Assembly (NCBI GenBank): GCA_964499705.1
Contig: CAZCME010000029.1
Span: 1 to 34,439, forward strand
Source: an uncultured bacterium
GTDB taxonomy: Bacteria; UBA8481
Direction of reading: 5' to 3'
Length of the DNA stretch: 34,439 nucleotides
The notes beneath the pieces are model-generated. The model had not been told where the DNA came from, ran no database searches, and worked only from the letters and a program-made list of their open reading frames with translations. The translations under genes were made by a program, and so were the position numbers. Of this stretch, positions 1 to 8,364 are shown one piece after another (position 1 is the first letter of the stretch; the number at the start of each line of letters is the position of its first letter).

Positions 1-454
1 CGACGAGAAAGCGGTTCGGATGCAGCGACATCGTCCGCAATGCGTCGATTTCCTAGGCGACGACCATCGTGCCCAGCTCCGAGGCGATCGCCGCGCCGAC
101 GCGGCCGGAGATGATGATGGAGGCGATGAGCGGGCCCAGTTCCCGGACCATCGCGACCGCGACGAGTGTCGGGAAGAACGCCGCGGCGCCGAGCTTTTCG
201 AGATTGTAGGCCGTCTGCATCGCCAGGATCATTCCGACGGTGAACGAGAGGAGCGAGACGATCGGGATGGAATTGATGCCTTCCTCGATGAGCTGCTTCG
301 ACATGTTCTTCCGGTCGGGGAATTTTCCGGCCAGCGGCGCGACGAATGTCCAGACGAACGCTTCGGACAACAGCATGCCGACGCCGCCGATCTCCCGGAT
401 GACGGAGAGCGTCGAACCGCCGATGGCGGCGATGGCGATCTTGATGGGGTTCAT
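1..454 (-). pseudogene. mlaE: MlaE/YrbE-family ABC transporter permease, runs off the left edge; interrupted by in-frame TAG at 55-53
   Basis: MlaE motifs: GINSIPIVSLLSFTVGMILAMQ, VRELGPLIASIIISGRVGAAIASELGTM. After the TAG the same frame continues EIDALRTMSLHPNRFLV, the conserved 'EIDAL..M...P.R.LV' motif. Nonsense mutation versus sequencing error cannot be decided. Confidence 0.8.
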
Positions 455-472
455 GCGGAGAGTGTGCTCAAC

Positions 473-808
473 TCACTTCAAGGAGTTGAGAGCCTCTTCG
501 ACGGTGGCGAACATCGGGAAGATTCCGTCCAGATGAGCGATCTCGAAGATGTCCCTCACTCGTTGCGCCGTTCCCGCGATGGCCATTCGGCCGCCGGAAG
601 AACGGAGTCCCTGGAGCGCTTCGACGAGGGTCGCGATTCCCGAAGAGTCGATGTAGGGACAGGCATTCATGTCGATGAGGATGCCCTTTGGTTTCGTTTT
701 GAGTACGGTCTGAAGTTTTTCGCGGAGCTGGGGGGAGGTTTTCAGATCGACGTCGCCCGTGACCTTGAACGTGTGGATTCCACTGTCGGCGGCAATTTCA
801 ACATTCAC
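473..808 (-). CDS. STAS-domain anti-sigma-factor antagonist (RsbV/SpoIIAA-like, or MlaB-like given context)
   Basis: 111 aa; GDVDL..SPQLR and 'PYIDSSGIATLV' with the phosphorylatable Ser; C-terminal 'F.TVEEAL'; GTG start after GGGAGG RBS. Confidence 0.9.
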   Translation of the reverse strand: MNVEIAADSGIHTFKVTGDVDLKTSPQLREKLQTVLKTKPKGILIDMNACPYIDSSGIATLVEALQGLRSSGGRMAIAGTAQRVRDIFEIAHLDGIFPMFATVEEALNSLK

Positions 809-920
809 GGCTGGAAAACCTCCCTATTGATCCGGGCATCATCTTCGTAACGCGACAAGGCGATGCTGCAGGCAAAAATGCCGCGAACGGCACCGCGGGA
901 AGATAAGCATTTTCGTGCAG

Positions 921-2654
921 TTATTCAAGCGTTTTCTTCATCCGGAGGATGCAGCCGCCGGCGCTCCCGCTCTCGAATCGCACTTCGCTCATGACCTCTT
1001 TCAATATCACCAGTCCCAATCCTCCCGGTTTCAATTCTTCGCATCTTTTCTCCGGGAGACAGGGCGTCACTCCCGTGCCGAAGTCGGTGAGCTGGAAATG
1101 GAGCTCGCGGCCGGGACCGGGCGCGCCGGTCAGGCGGCACTGGAATTCCACGGGTCCGCCCTCGCCGCCGTACGCGTGGCGGATGATGTTGGTGCAGGCT
1201 TCGTCGATCGCCAGGACGATCTTTGTCCTGTTCTTCTCGTCGATGTTGTTGGATTCGAGGAAATGGTCGAGCTCCGACCGGAGCCCTTCGAGATCGTCGG
1301 GTGTCATCGCGGCGTAATTGAGCGCGAACTCGTGGCGGGCGCCGCCGTAGCTCACGATGCCCACCGTGATGTCGTCGCTCTGCTCGATACCCGTCTCGAA
1401 CGCGGATACCGCGACGTGGATTTTCGAGGGCAGGAGATCCGGCCGCTCTCTTCCCGCTTCGACAACATGCATCAATCCTTCGTAACCGAAAAATTCTCCC
1501 GCCGCCGACTGCGCTTCCGTCACTCCGTCCGTGAACATCACGATGAGATCGCCGTCGGTCAACTGCACGGTCTTCTGAGGATACACCGCGCCCTGGATTA
1601 TGGCTACGGGCGGACCGGAGGCGCTGGGAAGCTTCCGGAATCCGCCTCCTTCCAGCAGCAGCGGCATATGATGCCCGGCGCTGGAATATGTCATCGTGCC
1701 GTCGGTGTCGAAAAGGGCCAGAAAGATCGTCACGAACAGGCCTCTCTGCGAGGTGAGCGCGAGCGCGTCGTTGAGGGATTTCAGGATGAGGCCGGGCTCG
1801 ATGAGCCGCATCGCTTCGGAGCGGAGGCGGGAGATCGTGTTGGACATCAGGAGCGCCGCGGGGATTCCCTTGCCGCTGACGTCCGCGATGACGGCCATCG
1901 TACGCCGGTCTCCCAGTTCCATCCAGTCGTAGAAATCTCCGCCGACGCTGCGTGCGGGCGACGTGAGCGCGTGGAAGCGGAACTTGTGATAGGCGGCCTT
2001 CGCGGGGCCCTGGAGCGAATTCTGGATCTGTTTGGCGATGTCGATCTCGCGCGCCCAGACTTCCTGCTCCGTCAGCGTCTGGTGCATCCGCGCGTTGGAG
2101 ATCGCGACGGCGGCCAGGGAGGCGAACGCCGAGAAAAGCGGGAGGTCGGTTTCGGTGAACCGGCCTCCGGCCTTGTTGATCGCTTCCGCGACGCCGATGA
2201 TCGTGTCGTTCACCTTCAGGGGGATGGCGAGAATGTTCCGCGTCACGAATCCCGTATGGTCGTCCGCGCCCCTGAAGAATCGCGGATCGTTCTGGGCATC
2301 CTCCACGACGAGCGGTTCTCCGGATTCCGCGACCCATCCCGCGATGCCGTGTCCGCGCGGTATGCGGATCTCCCGGACGGATCCGGATGCGAGGCCGGCC
2401 GCCTGGCGGAAATAGAGCTCCCCGGTCGCGTTGTCCCGCAGCAGGATCGAGGCGGCCTCCGCGTTCATCACTTCCATGGAGGATTTGATGGCGCGATCGA
2501 GCACTTCGTCGAGATCGAGGGAGGACCCGACGAGTTTCATGGCGGACAGGACCGCGGTCAGCTCCCGGCCCCGGTTTTCCAGCTTCGCGATTTCGCGCTC
2601 CAGCGCCTCGACCGTCCTGATTCCGACTTCCAGGCTCGCCTGCGTCACAGTCAT
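921..2654 (-). CDS. GAF + SpoIIE/PP2C phosphatase + HATPase_c (RsbW-like) fusion protein
   Basis: GAF (GHGIAGWVAESGEP, DAQNDPRF, TRNILAIPL, EAINK); PP2C motifs VGGDFYD, IADVSGKG, FTDGVTEA, DDIT; RsbW-type kinase motifs LAIDEACTNIIRHAY, TDFG.G, GGLGL. Confidence 0.92.
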   Translation of the reverse strand: MTVTQASLEVGIRTVEALEREIAKLENRGRELTAVLSAMKLVGSSLDLDEVLDRAIKSSMEVMNAEAASILLRDNATGELYFRQAAGLASGSVREIRIPRGHGIAGWVAESGEPLVVEDAQNDPRFFRGADDHTGFVTRNILAIPLKVNDTIIGVAEAINKAGGRFTETDLPLFSAFASLAAVAISNARMHQTLTEQEVWAREIDIAKQIQNSLQGPAKAAYHKFRFHALTSPARSVGGDFYDWMELGDRRTMAVIADVSGKGIPAALLMSNTISRLRSEAMRLIEPGLILKSLNDALALTSQRGLFVTIFLALFDTDGTMTYSSAGHHMPLLLEGGGFRKLPSASGPPVAIIQGAVYPQKTVQLTDGDLIVMFTDGVTEAQSAAGEFFGYEGLMHVVEAGRERPDLLPSKIHVAVSAFETGIEQSDDITVGIVSYGGARHEFALNYAAMTPDDLEGLRSELDHFLESNNIDEKNRTKIVLAIDEACTNIIRHAYGGEGGPVEFQCRLTGAPGPGRELHFQLTDFGTGVTPCLPEKRCEELKPGGLGLVILKEVMSEVRFESGSAGGCILRMKKTLE

Positions 2655-2784
2655 GGAGCGATGATATCAGGTCGGAGCCCGGCCCTGAACTTATTTACGC
2701 TGCCCTTGCGGCATGCCGGTCCGGTTGGACGCAAAATATTTTTGCACAACTTTGCATAATTTTCGCGGCCCGCCGCTTCTGTCG

Positions 2785-2812
2785 TAAAGATTTCTAGGCT
2801 CCCTGCCGATGA
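2785..2812 (+). promoter_or_regulatory. putative sigma-28 (FliA/SigD) promoter of the hook cluster
   Basis: TAAA (2785-2788)-N16-GCCGATGA (2805-2812), close to TAAA-N15/16-GCCGATAA, directly upstream of flgD and its AGGAGG RBS. Confidence 0.7.
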
Positions 2813-2844
2813 TGTTTACCGAGGCAACTCTCAGGAGGATTTTC

Positions 2845-3273
2845 ATGGCATCTGTTTCATCCGTAGGAAATACCGGAAGCGCGGCGCAGACGGCTCTCGC
2901 GAAGACGACGAAGGAGCTCGGCAAGGACGATTTTCTCAAGCTGATGCTGACCCAGCTCCGCTACCAGGATGCCCAGGATCCGGTGAAGGACAAGGAATTC
3001 ATCGCGCAGATGGCGCAGTTTTCCGCGCTGGAACAGACCACCAACATGACGAAATCCTTCGAGAAGGTCGCCAAGCGCATCCAGAACAACGAGGCGCTCG
3101 CGATTCTCGGGCAGCAGGTGACCGCGGTGCGTTCCTCCGACGGAGCCCTCATCGACGGCTTCGTTTCGTCGATCCGTTTCACCGACGACGAGCCGGAGGT
3201 CACGATCATGAAACCCGACAGTTCCATTACGGTCGTGTCGCTCGGAGAGATAACCGGAGCTCGTGTGATCTGA
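2845..3273 (+). CDS. flgD: flagellar hook capping protein FlgD (short form)
   Basis: LGKDDFLKLMLTQLRYQD..DP....EFIAQMAQFSALEQ signature; start placed at ATG 2845 after AGGAGG. Confidence 0.95.
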   Translation: MASVSSVGNTGSAAQTALAKTTKELGKDDFLKLMLTQLRYQDAQDPVKDKEFIAQMAQFSALEQTTNMTKSFEKVAKRIQNNEALAILGQQVTAVRSSDGALIDGFVSSIRFTDDEPEVTIMKPDSSITVVSLGEITGARVI

Positions 3274-3501
3274 TTCGAGGTGCCGCGCCGAAACGGCGCG
3301 GAAGTGCAACAGGAGCGTGGCGACGCTTCGCAGTGGAAGAATACCTTTTGAGCAAGGCGAGGGAAACGGGGCTCTGATACAGCCCGACGGTCGGACTTCT
3401 TTGAAGAGACCGGGTTCCGCCGACTGACTGAAGCGGAACGAAACTTCGCGGTGGGTCGCCTGTTCATGGGCGGGCCGCTGCCATGAGGTTCTTGAAGAGG
3501 T
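3274..3501 (+). promoter_or_regulatory. highly structured flgE1 leader (about 6 consecutive hairpins), candidate cis-regulatory RNA
   Basis: CCGCGCCG-AAA-CGGCGCGG (3283-3301), GGAGCGT/ACGCTTC (3312-3329), CGGTC..CTTC-TTT-GAAG..GACCG (3388-3412), GTTCCGC-CGACTGACTGAA-GCGGAAC (3414-3439). Confidence 0.45.
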
Positions 3502-6057
3502 ATGCAAAACGGTTTCTGGGTCGCTTCATCCGCGCTCAATCAGCACCAGCGGGCGCTCGATGTCCTCGATCATAATCTCGCCAACCTCAACACGACGGGC
3601 TTCAAGGCTTCTCGTACTCTCTTCGCGGACGTTTTCTCGCAGACGCTGAAGCTCGGCGGAGCGCCGAACGAGAACGGCTCCAATTCCGTCAATCCGCTCC
3701 AGGTGGGTCACGGCGTCTCGCTCTTCGGCATCGAGAAAAACTTCAACCAGGGGGAGACGGAAACCACGGGCCGCAAGCTCGATGTCGCGCTCTGGGGCAA
3801 CGGCATGTTCGTCTTCAAGGCGCCGACGGACGCGGCCGACGGTCCGGTGTACTATTCCAGGAACGGCAATTTAGAGATCGACGCGAACGCGGGAGTGGCG
3901 GTGGGCGCGGTGCCGAACGCGGCCGGTCCCATCAACATCGTGAACGCTTCCGGTTACGCGCTCCAGGGGATTAACGCAACCTACGATGCGGCGACCGGCC
4001 AGTACACGATCTCCGCTTCGCCGACTTCTCCCACGACCATCGCCTTCGACGAGCGCGCGACGGTGGGGCCCCTGGCGACGACCGCGGTCACGTTCGGTTA
4101 CAACCTCGATTCGGAAGCGAAGACGGCCATTGATCCCGTGACGCTCCAGATGGCGAACACGGGCGTCGATCGGACCGCGCGCATCGAGTTTCAGCGCGCT
4201 TCGGCCGATATCGCCGGCAGCAGCTATTACTACTTCTGGGTTCAGAATCCGACGCAGGCCGCGGACGGTTCGTATGCGACGCTCAATGACGGCATCACGG
4301 GTTCGGCCCTGGCCGGAGTTGTCCGCGTTGACGCGAACGGCAATGTCACCAACACCTACCAGACCACGAACACGACTCCGCCCGCCGCGATCCTCACCGC
4401 CGCGCAGGTCGGGGCCCTTTCGGCGTGGGCCAATGTCAACGGGCTCGGCCAGCCGATCTTCACGGTCGGCACGGCGCCCATCACGGGCATCGCGAACGAA
4501 GTGATCCAGCGTCCCACGCTTCCCGCGACGACGATGGCGCTCGCCGCTCCCGCCGCGTTCACGCTTGCCAACGGCGCGTACGACGCAGGCACGCTTGCGA
4601 TCACGCAAAATGGCCGCACGTTGACGGCGGGCGTCGATTATACGGAAGCGGCCGGCACGGGTGTCATTACTCCGAGAACCGCCTGGGCGCCCGGCGACGT
4701 GCTCATCAATTACACCAAGAATGCCGGATCCATCGTTGTCTCCGGCGAGCGCGTCAACATCGCCAACGCGAACGGCACCCAGGGATTCCGCCCGGCGAAC
4801 GTGCCGATTCAGCCCGGCACGCTCGTCGTCAACGCGACGCGGAATGGAGCGGCGGTCGTGGCGAACACCGATTACACGGTGGACACGACGACCGGCGAGA
4901 TCACACCGCTCACGTTCTGGGACCCGGTCGCCGCCGTGACGGTCAACTACAGCCAGGCGGATACGCGCGTGACGGTGACGCACAATGTTCCCGGCATCAA
5001 GATCAACTTCACCCAGAATTCGATCCAGCCCAACGGATTCCTCACGGTCGAGCCGGCGCCGCGCGCCGAGATCACGGAAGGTGCCGCTTCCTCGATCATC
5101 GATTCGCTCGACAATGAGCATCACCTTCAGTTCGAATTCGAGCGCGTCAGCCGCGAGCAATGGACGTGGAATGCCACGCCGCATTACCGCTTCGAGCAGC
5201 CCGCGACGGCGATCAATAATAGCGCGTCCGGCGGCGGCACGACGCTCGACGGCATGACGGTCATGCCCAACACGCTCATCGCGAATCCGGACGGAACGTA
5301 TCAGATCGAGATCAGCATCGATGAAGGCGCGGACAGCCAGTCCTGGACCCAGTTGCCCACGACGTCGACCTTTCCCCTGACCGGCGGCAATACCCGGTTC
5401 TTCAAGGTGGTGAACGCCGCGACGGGCGAGATTGCCTTCTCCAGGGACATCAACACGACGAGCGGCGACTTCGAGGTCTTCTCGTCCTACAAGGCGAGTG
5501 CGCCCGCGGGCAACGGCATTCTCGGGTTCGACGCGACGGGTGCCTACGACGCGACTAACTCGTCCATCACGACGCCGATCAGCTTCACGCCGCAGGGCGC
5601 CGCGGCCGTCAGCATCGCTCCGGACTTCACCCTGCTCTCCCAGGCGGCGCGCGAGTCCGACGCGACGGTGACGAACTTCGACGGTTTTCACGCGGGAAAA
5701 ATGACGGCCTGGAATTTCGATCCGAGCGGTTTCATATCCGCCGATTTTTCGAACGGCCAGAAGCAGAATATCGCGCGCGTCGTGATTGCGACGTTCCCGA
5801 ATCCGGAAGGGCTGGTGGCCCGCGGCGAAACTTCCTTCGTCGGAACATCCAATTCCGGAACGCCGACCTACGTCTTCGCCGATCCCAGCACCAGCCTCGG
5901 CGTGAGGCTCCAGCCGGAAGCGCTCGAACGGTCCAATGTCGACGTGAGCCTGGAGATGACCAACCTGATCATCTATCAGCGGTCTTACCAGTTCAATGCG
6001 CGGATCGTGACGGCCACGGACGAGCTCATTAAAGAAGCGATTGCGTTGAAGCGATGA
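3502..6057 (+). CDS. flgE: flagellar hook protein FlgE paralog 1, giant (851 aa), divergent N-terminus
   Basis: NLANLNTTGFKASR; YSRNGNL; D2-like IDSLDNEHHLQFEF; FSNGQ...IARV.IATF.NPEGL; C-terminal LERSNVDVSLEMTNLIIYQRSYQFNAR. Confidence 0.9.
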   Translation: MQNGFWVASSALNQHQRALDVLDHNLANLNTTGFKASRTLFADVFSQTLKLGGAPNENGSNSVNPLQVGHGVSLFGIEKNFNQGETETTGRKLDVALWGNGMFVFKAPTDAADGPVYYSRNGNLEIDANAGVAVGAVPNAAGPINIVNASGYALQGINATYDAATGQYTISASPTSPTTIAFDERATVGPLATTAVTFGYNLDSEAKTAIDPVTLQMANTGVDRTARIEFQRASADIAGSSYYYFWVQNPTQAADGSYATLNDGITGSALAGVVRVDANGNVTNTYQTTNTTPPAAILTAAQVGALSAWANVNGLGQPIFTVGTAPITGIANEVIQRPTLPATTMALAAPAAFTLANGAYDAGTLAITQNGRTLTAGVDYTEAAGTGVITPRTAWAPGDVLINYTKNAGSIVVSGERVNIANANGTQGFRPANVPIQPGTLVVNATRNGAAVVANTDYTVDTTTGEITPLTFWDPVAAVTVNYSQADTRVTVTHNVPGIKINFTQNSIQPNGFLTVEPAPRAEITEGAASSIIDSLDNEHHLQFEFERVSREQWTWNATPHYRFEQPATAINNSASGGGTTLDGMTVMPNTLIANPDGTYQIEISIDEGADSQSWTQLPTTSTFPLTGGNTRFFKVVNAATGEIAFSRDINTTSGDFEVFSSYKASAPAGNGILGFDATGAYDATNSSITTPISFTPQGAAAVSIAPDFTLLSQAARESDATVTNFDGFHAGKMTAWNFDPSGFISADFSNGQKQNIARVVIATFPNPEGLVARGETSFVGTSNSGTPTYVFADPSTSLGVRLQPEALERSNVDVSLEMTNLIIYQRSYQFNARIVTATDELIKEAIALKR

Positions 6058-6136
6058 TGACGGGCGGCTGTTGTTCGGCCATGACAGGCGGCGCCATGAA
6101 TGATCCCGGCGCCGAACCATTAAGGAGGCAGGACTC

Positions 6137-7849
6137 ATGATGCAGCATCATGTGGAGATCAATGTCGGAGTGGAGAAGGATAAGAAGGGCGCGAAGGGCG
6201 CGGAGAAGAACAACGCCGCGACCTTCAACCGGTTTCTATCCTCTTCCAAGCTCCGCGAGTCGTTCAATCTCAATTTCGAGTCCCTCTTCCTCGATGCGTT
6301 CACCGAAGTCCCGGTCGCGAAACCGGTGAAGGTGGAAGCGGCCCGGCCGGTTCACGAGCCGGAGCGCGTGACGCCGGTGGGGGAAGTGACGCGGCCGGCT
6401 TCGACCGCGGATGCGGGCGTTCATGACGGCCCGGCCGACCTGGCCGATGACGCGGCCGTCGAATTGCGCGAGACGGAGTCGCAGGACGCGGTCGACGCGA
6501 AGGAAACGGGCGAGTTGAGAAACAGCGGCGAGTCTCCCCGCGAAACAGGCGAGACCCGCGACGCCGTCGATGCGCGCGAAGCCAAGCTCGCCGAGAAGAC
6601 CGAGTCGGTCTCCGTCCATGTCAGGATGCTCCGCGTGGAACTCTCCGCCAAGCTCGCCCAGTCTCTCTCCGATGAGAAACTCGCGGATCTGAAGGAGAAG
6701 ATCGAGGATCTGCTGGAGGACGACGGGCTGTCCCTGAAGCAGCTGATGGCCGGAGCGCTGAACATCGTTGCGGAGATAGTCGGGCCGCAGGTGGCGCAGG
6801 AAGTCTGCTCGTGCGGCGATGATCTCGGCATGGAGGATGCGCGGAAGTTCCTGAAGAAATTCCTCAAAGACCTTGCCAGGGCGATCGATGACGCGCCGGA
6901 AGTCCAGTCGGTTTCCGCGGAAGACAATGTGCCGCCTGCCGTCGAGGAGCGCGTCGATGACGCGATTTCGAAGCTGATTCAGAAGATGGACAGGAAGATC
7001 ACCCAGGCCGATCAGGCCCTGGCCCGCGATCTTGTGTCTGACATGAAATCCACGGATGACAAGCCGGTCGAGGTGAAGGCCGAGAAGCCGGTAGATGCTC
7101 CGAAGGTGCTCGAGTTCAAGCGCGAAACGATCCGGCTCCAGACGATCGAGGTTCGCGCCGACGACGGATCCCAGCAGGTGCGCGCCCAGGCGAATCTCGA
7201 GGCCGGCCTTGCCGAGGCGATCCGCGCCCGCGCCAAGGCCCCGGTTTCCCATGCGCCCTTGACGCCCCTGGCCGGCACTCCCGGCGTCGGTGAAGTGGGC
7301 CGCGCGGCCCGGGCGGACGGCCAGGCGGCTTCCTGGCAGAATTCCTACAACCAGAATTCCGCGATGAAGTTCATGGATCGCGCGACGGAGACGAGGCGGG
7401 GCCAGGAATCGCAGCGCGCTCCGCAGAATCCGATCTTCGAACAGATCGTCCAGAACGCGAAGTTGACGGTCACGAATGGCAAGGGCGAGGCGACCATCAA
7501 GCTGAATCCGGAATTCCTCGGCAAGGTGGAGATGAAGATCGTCGTCGAAGAGGGCAAGGTGAATGTGAAGTTCACGGTGGAGAACAACGCCGTCCGCCAG
7601 GCCATCGCCGATAACGTGCAGGATCTTCGGAAGAATCTCGCGGAGTCCGGGCTCGAGGTCGAGAACGTCACGATTCTCCTCGGTGGAGAATTCGCGGAGA
7701 CCGACGCGCGTGAGGAAGATGCGCAGCGCGAGAACGCTCCGGGATATCGCGGAAGCCGGGGCGGCGGGGATGACACGGAGGAGGATGTCTCCTTCGACAC
7801 GATCCGCTCCGTCGTCGAGGACGGCTCCACGGTGCGCTACGTTGCCTGA
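6137..7849 (+). CDS. fliK: flagellar hook-length control protein FliK
   Basis: Long acidic low-complexity N-region plus C-terminal Flg_hook domain (EATIKLNPEFLGKVEMKI...V.VKFTVEN..VRQAI..NVQDLRKNL.ESGL); AAGGAGG RBS. Confidence 0.9.
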   Translation: MMQHHVEINVGVEKDKKGAKGAEKNNAATFNRFLSSSKLRESFNLNFESLFLDAFTEVPVAKPVKVEAARPVHEPERVTPVGEVTRPASTADAGVHDGPADLADDAAVELRETESQDAVDAKETGELRNSGESPRETGETRDAVDAREAKLAEKTESVSVHVRMLRVELSAKLAQSLSDEKLADLKEKIEDLLEDDGLSLKQLMAGALNIVAEIVGPQVAQEVCSCGDDLGMEDARKFLKKFLKDLARAIDDAPEVQSVSAEDNVPPAVEERVDDAISKLIQKMDRKITQADQALARDLVSDMKSTDDKPVEVKAEKPVDAPKVLEFKRETIRLQTIEVRADDGSQQVRAQANLEAGLAEAIRARAKAPVSHAPLTPLAGTPGVGEVGRAARADGQAASWQNSYNQNSAMKFMDRATETRRGQESQRAPQNPIFEQIVQNAKLTVTNGKGEATIKLNPEFLGKVEMKIVVEEGKVNVKFTVENNAVRQAIADNVQDLRKNLAESGLEVENVTILLGGEFAETDAREEDAQRENAPGYRGSRGGGDDTEEDVSFDTIRSVVEDGSTVRYVA

Positions 7850-7850
7850 C

Positions 7851-8234
7851 ATGAAGATCGATCCTTCGCGCCTGCCGGTCGAGCAGACCGGGCGGACCGG
7901 GTCGCAGGCACCGGTGTCCCGCTCGCAGGATTCGGACGCGACTGGAATCAAGTTCGGCAAGGTCCTTCGGGAGAGCGTGACGGGATTGAAGTTCTCCGCG
8001 CATGCCGAGGAACGGATCGCCAGCCGCGGGATCGATATCTCGGTCGCGCAGCTGGAACGCCTGAAGGGCGCGGTCGACAGGATCGCGGCCAAGGGCGGCA
8101 GGGAATCGCTTGTGCTCGTGGATGACAAGGCGTTTCTCGTCTCCGTGAAGAACAGGACGGTCGTGACGGCGCTGGCCGGTCCGAATGTCCGCGAAGGAGT
8201 CTTCACGAACATCGATTCGGCGGCGGTGAGCTGA
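7851..8234 (+). CDS. TIGR02530-family flagellar operon protein
   Basis: LKFSAHAEERIASRGI, KGGRESLVLVDDKAFLVSVKNRTVVTA, VFTNIDSA; ATG 2 nt after the fliK stop. Confidence 0.88.
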   Translation: MKIDPSRLPVEQTGRTGSQAPVSRSQDSDATGIKFGKVLRESVTGLKFSAHAEERIASRGIDISVAQLERLKGAVDRIAAKGGRESLVLVDDKAFLVSVKNRTVVTALAGPNVREGVFTNIDSAAVS

Positions 8235-8364
8235 AGAGGTGGCAGTGATCCCCGCGAAAGCGGGGAACCGGAAGTGTTTTCATGCGGCAAGGATGCCGCA
8301 TAAGAGTCTCCAAGGAAGGCCGGGAGTCCCCCGTGACGGGCGGGGCTGGTAAGAGGAGAATTTT
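8235..8364 (+). promoter_or_regulatory. flgE2 leader with GAAA hairpin and CsrA-type GGA hairpin
   Basis: TCCCCGC-GAAA-GCGGGGA (8249-8266); ATGCGGCA-AGGA-TGCCGCAT (8282-8301); second CAAGGAAG (8311-8318); AGAGGAG RBS. Confidence 0.55.

Noticed and set aside
53-55. Genome-wide TAG recoding (genetic code 15 or pyrrolysine)
   Set aside because: TAG ends mraZ, ftsQ and the PorV-like gene at normal C-termini, and no other internal TAG appears in about 25 genes.
2741-2757. sigma-54 promoter (TTGCAC...TTGCAT) upstream of flgD
   Set aside because: The invariant GG at -24 is absent and spacing is off by one; at most a TTTGCA direct repeat.
915-2759. Long plus-strand ORF (614 aa) and similar antisense ORFs (3871-6138, 6236-8290, 9520-11790, 18175-20490, 27979-29058)
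   Set aside because: Shadow ORFs opposite well-supported genes in GC-rich DNA; Arg/Gly-rich with no recognisable motifs.
3274-3501. c-di-GMP riboswitch upstream of flgE1
   Set aside because: A GAAA hairpin is present, but the GGCAAA..GACGCAAA / GYCTAA core of class I and the class II pseudoknot signature are not visible.
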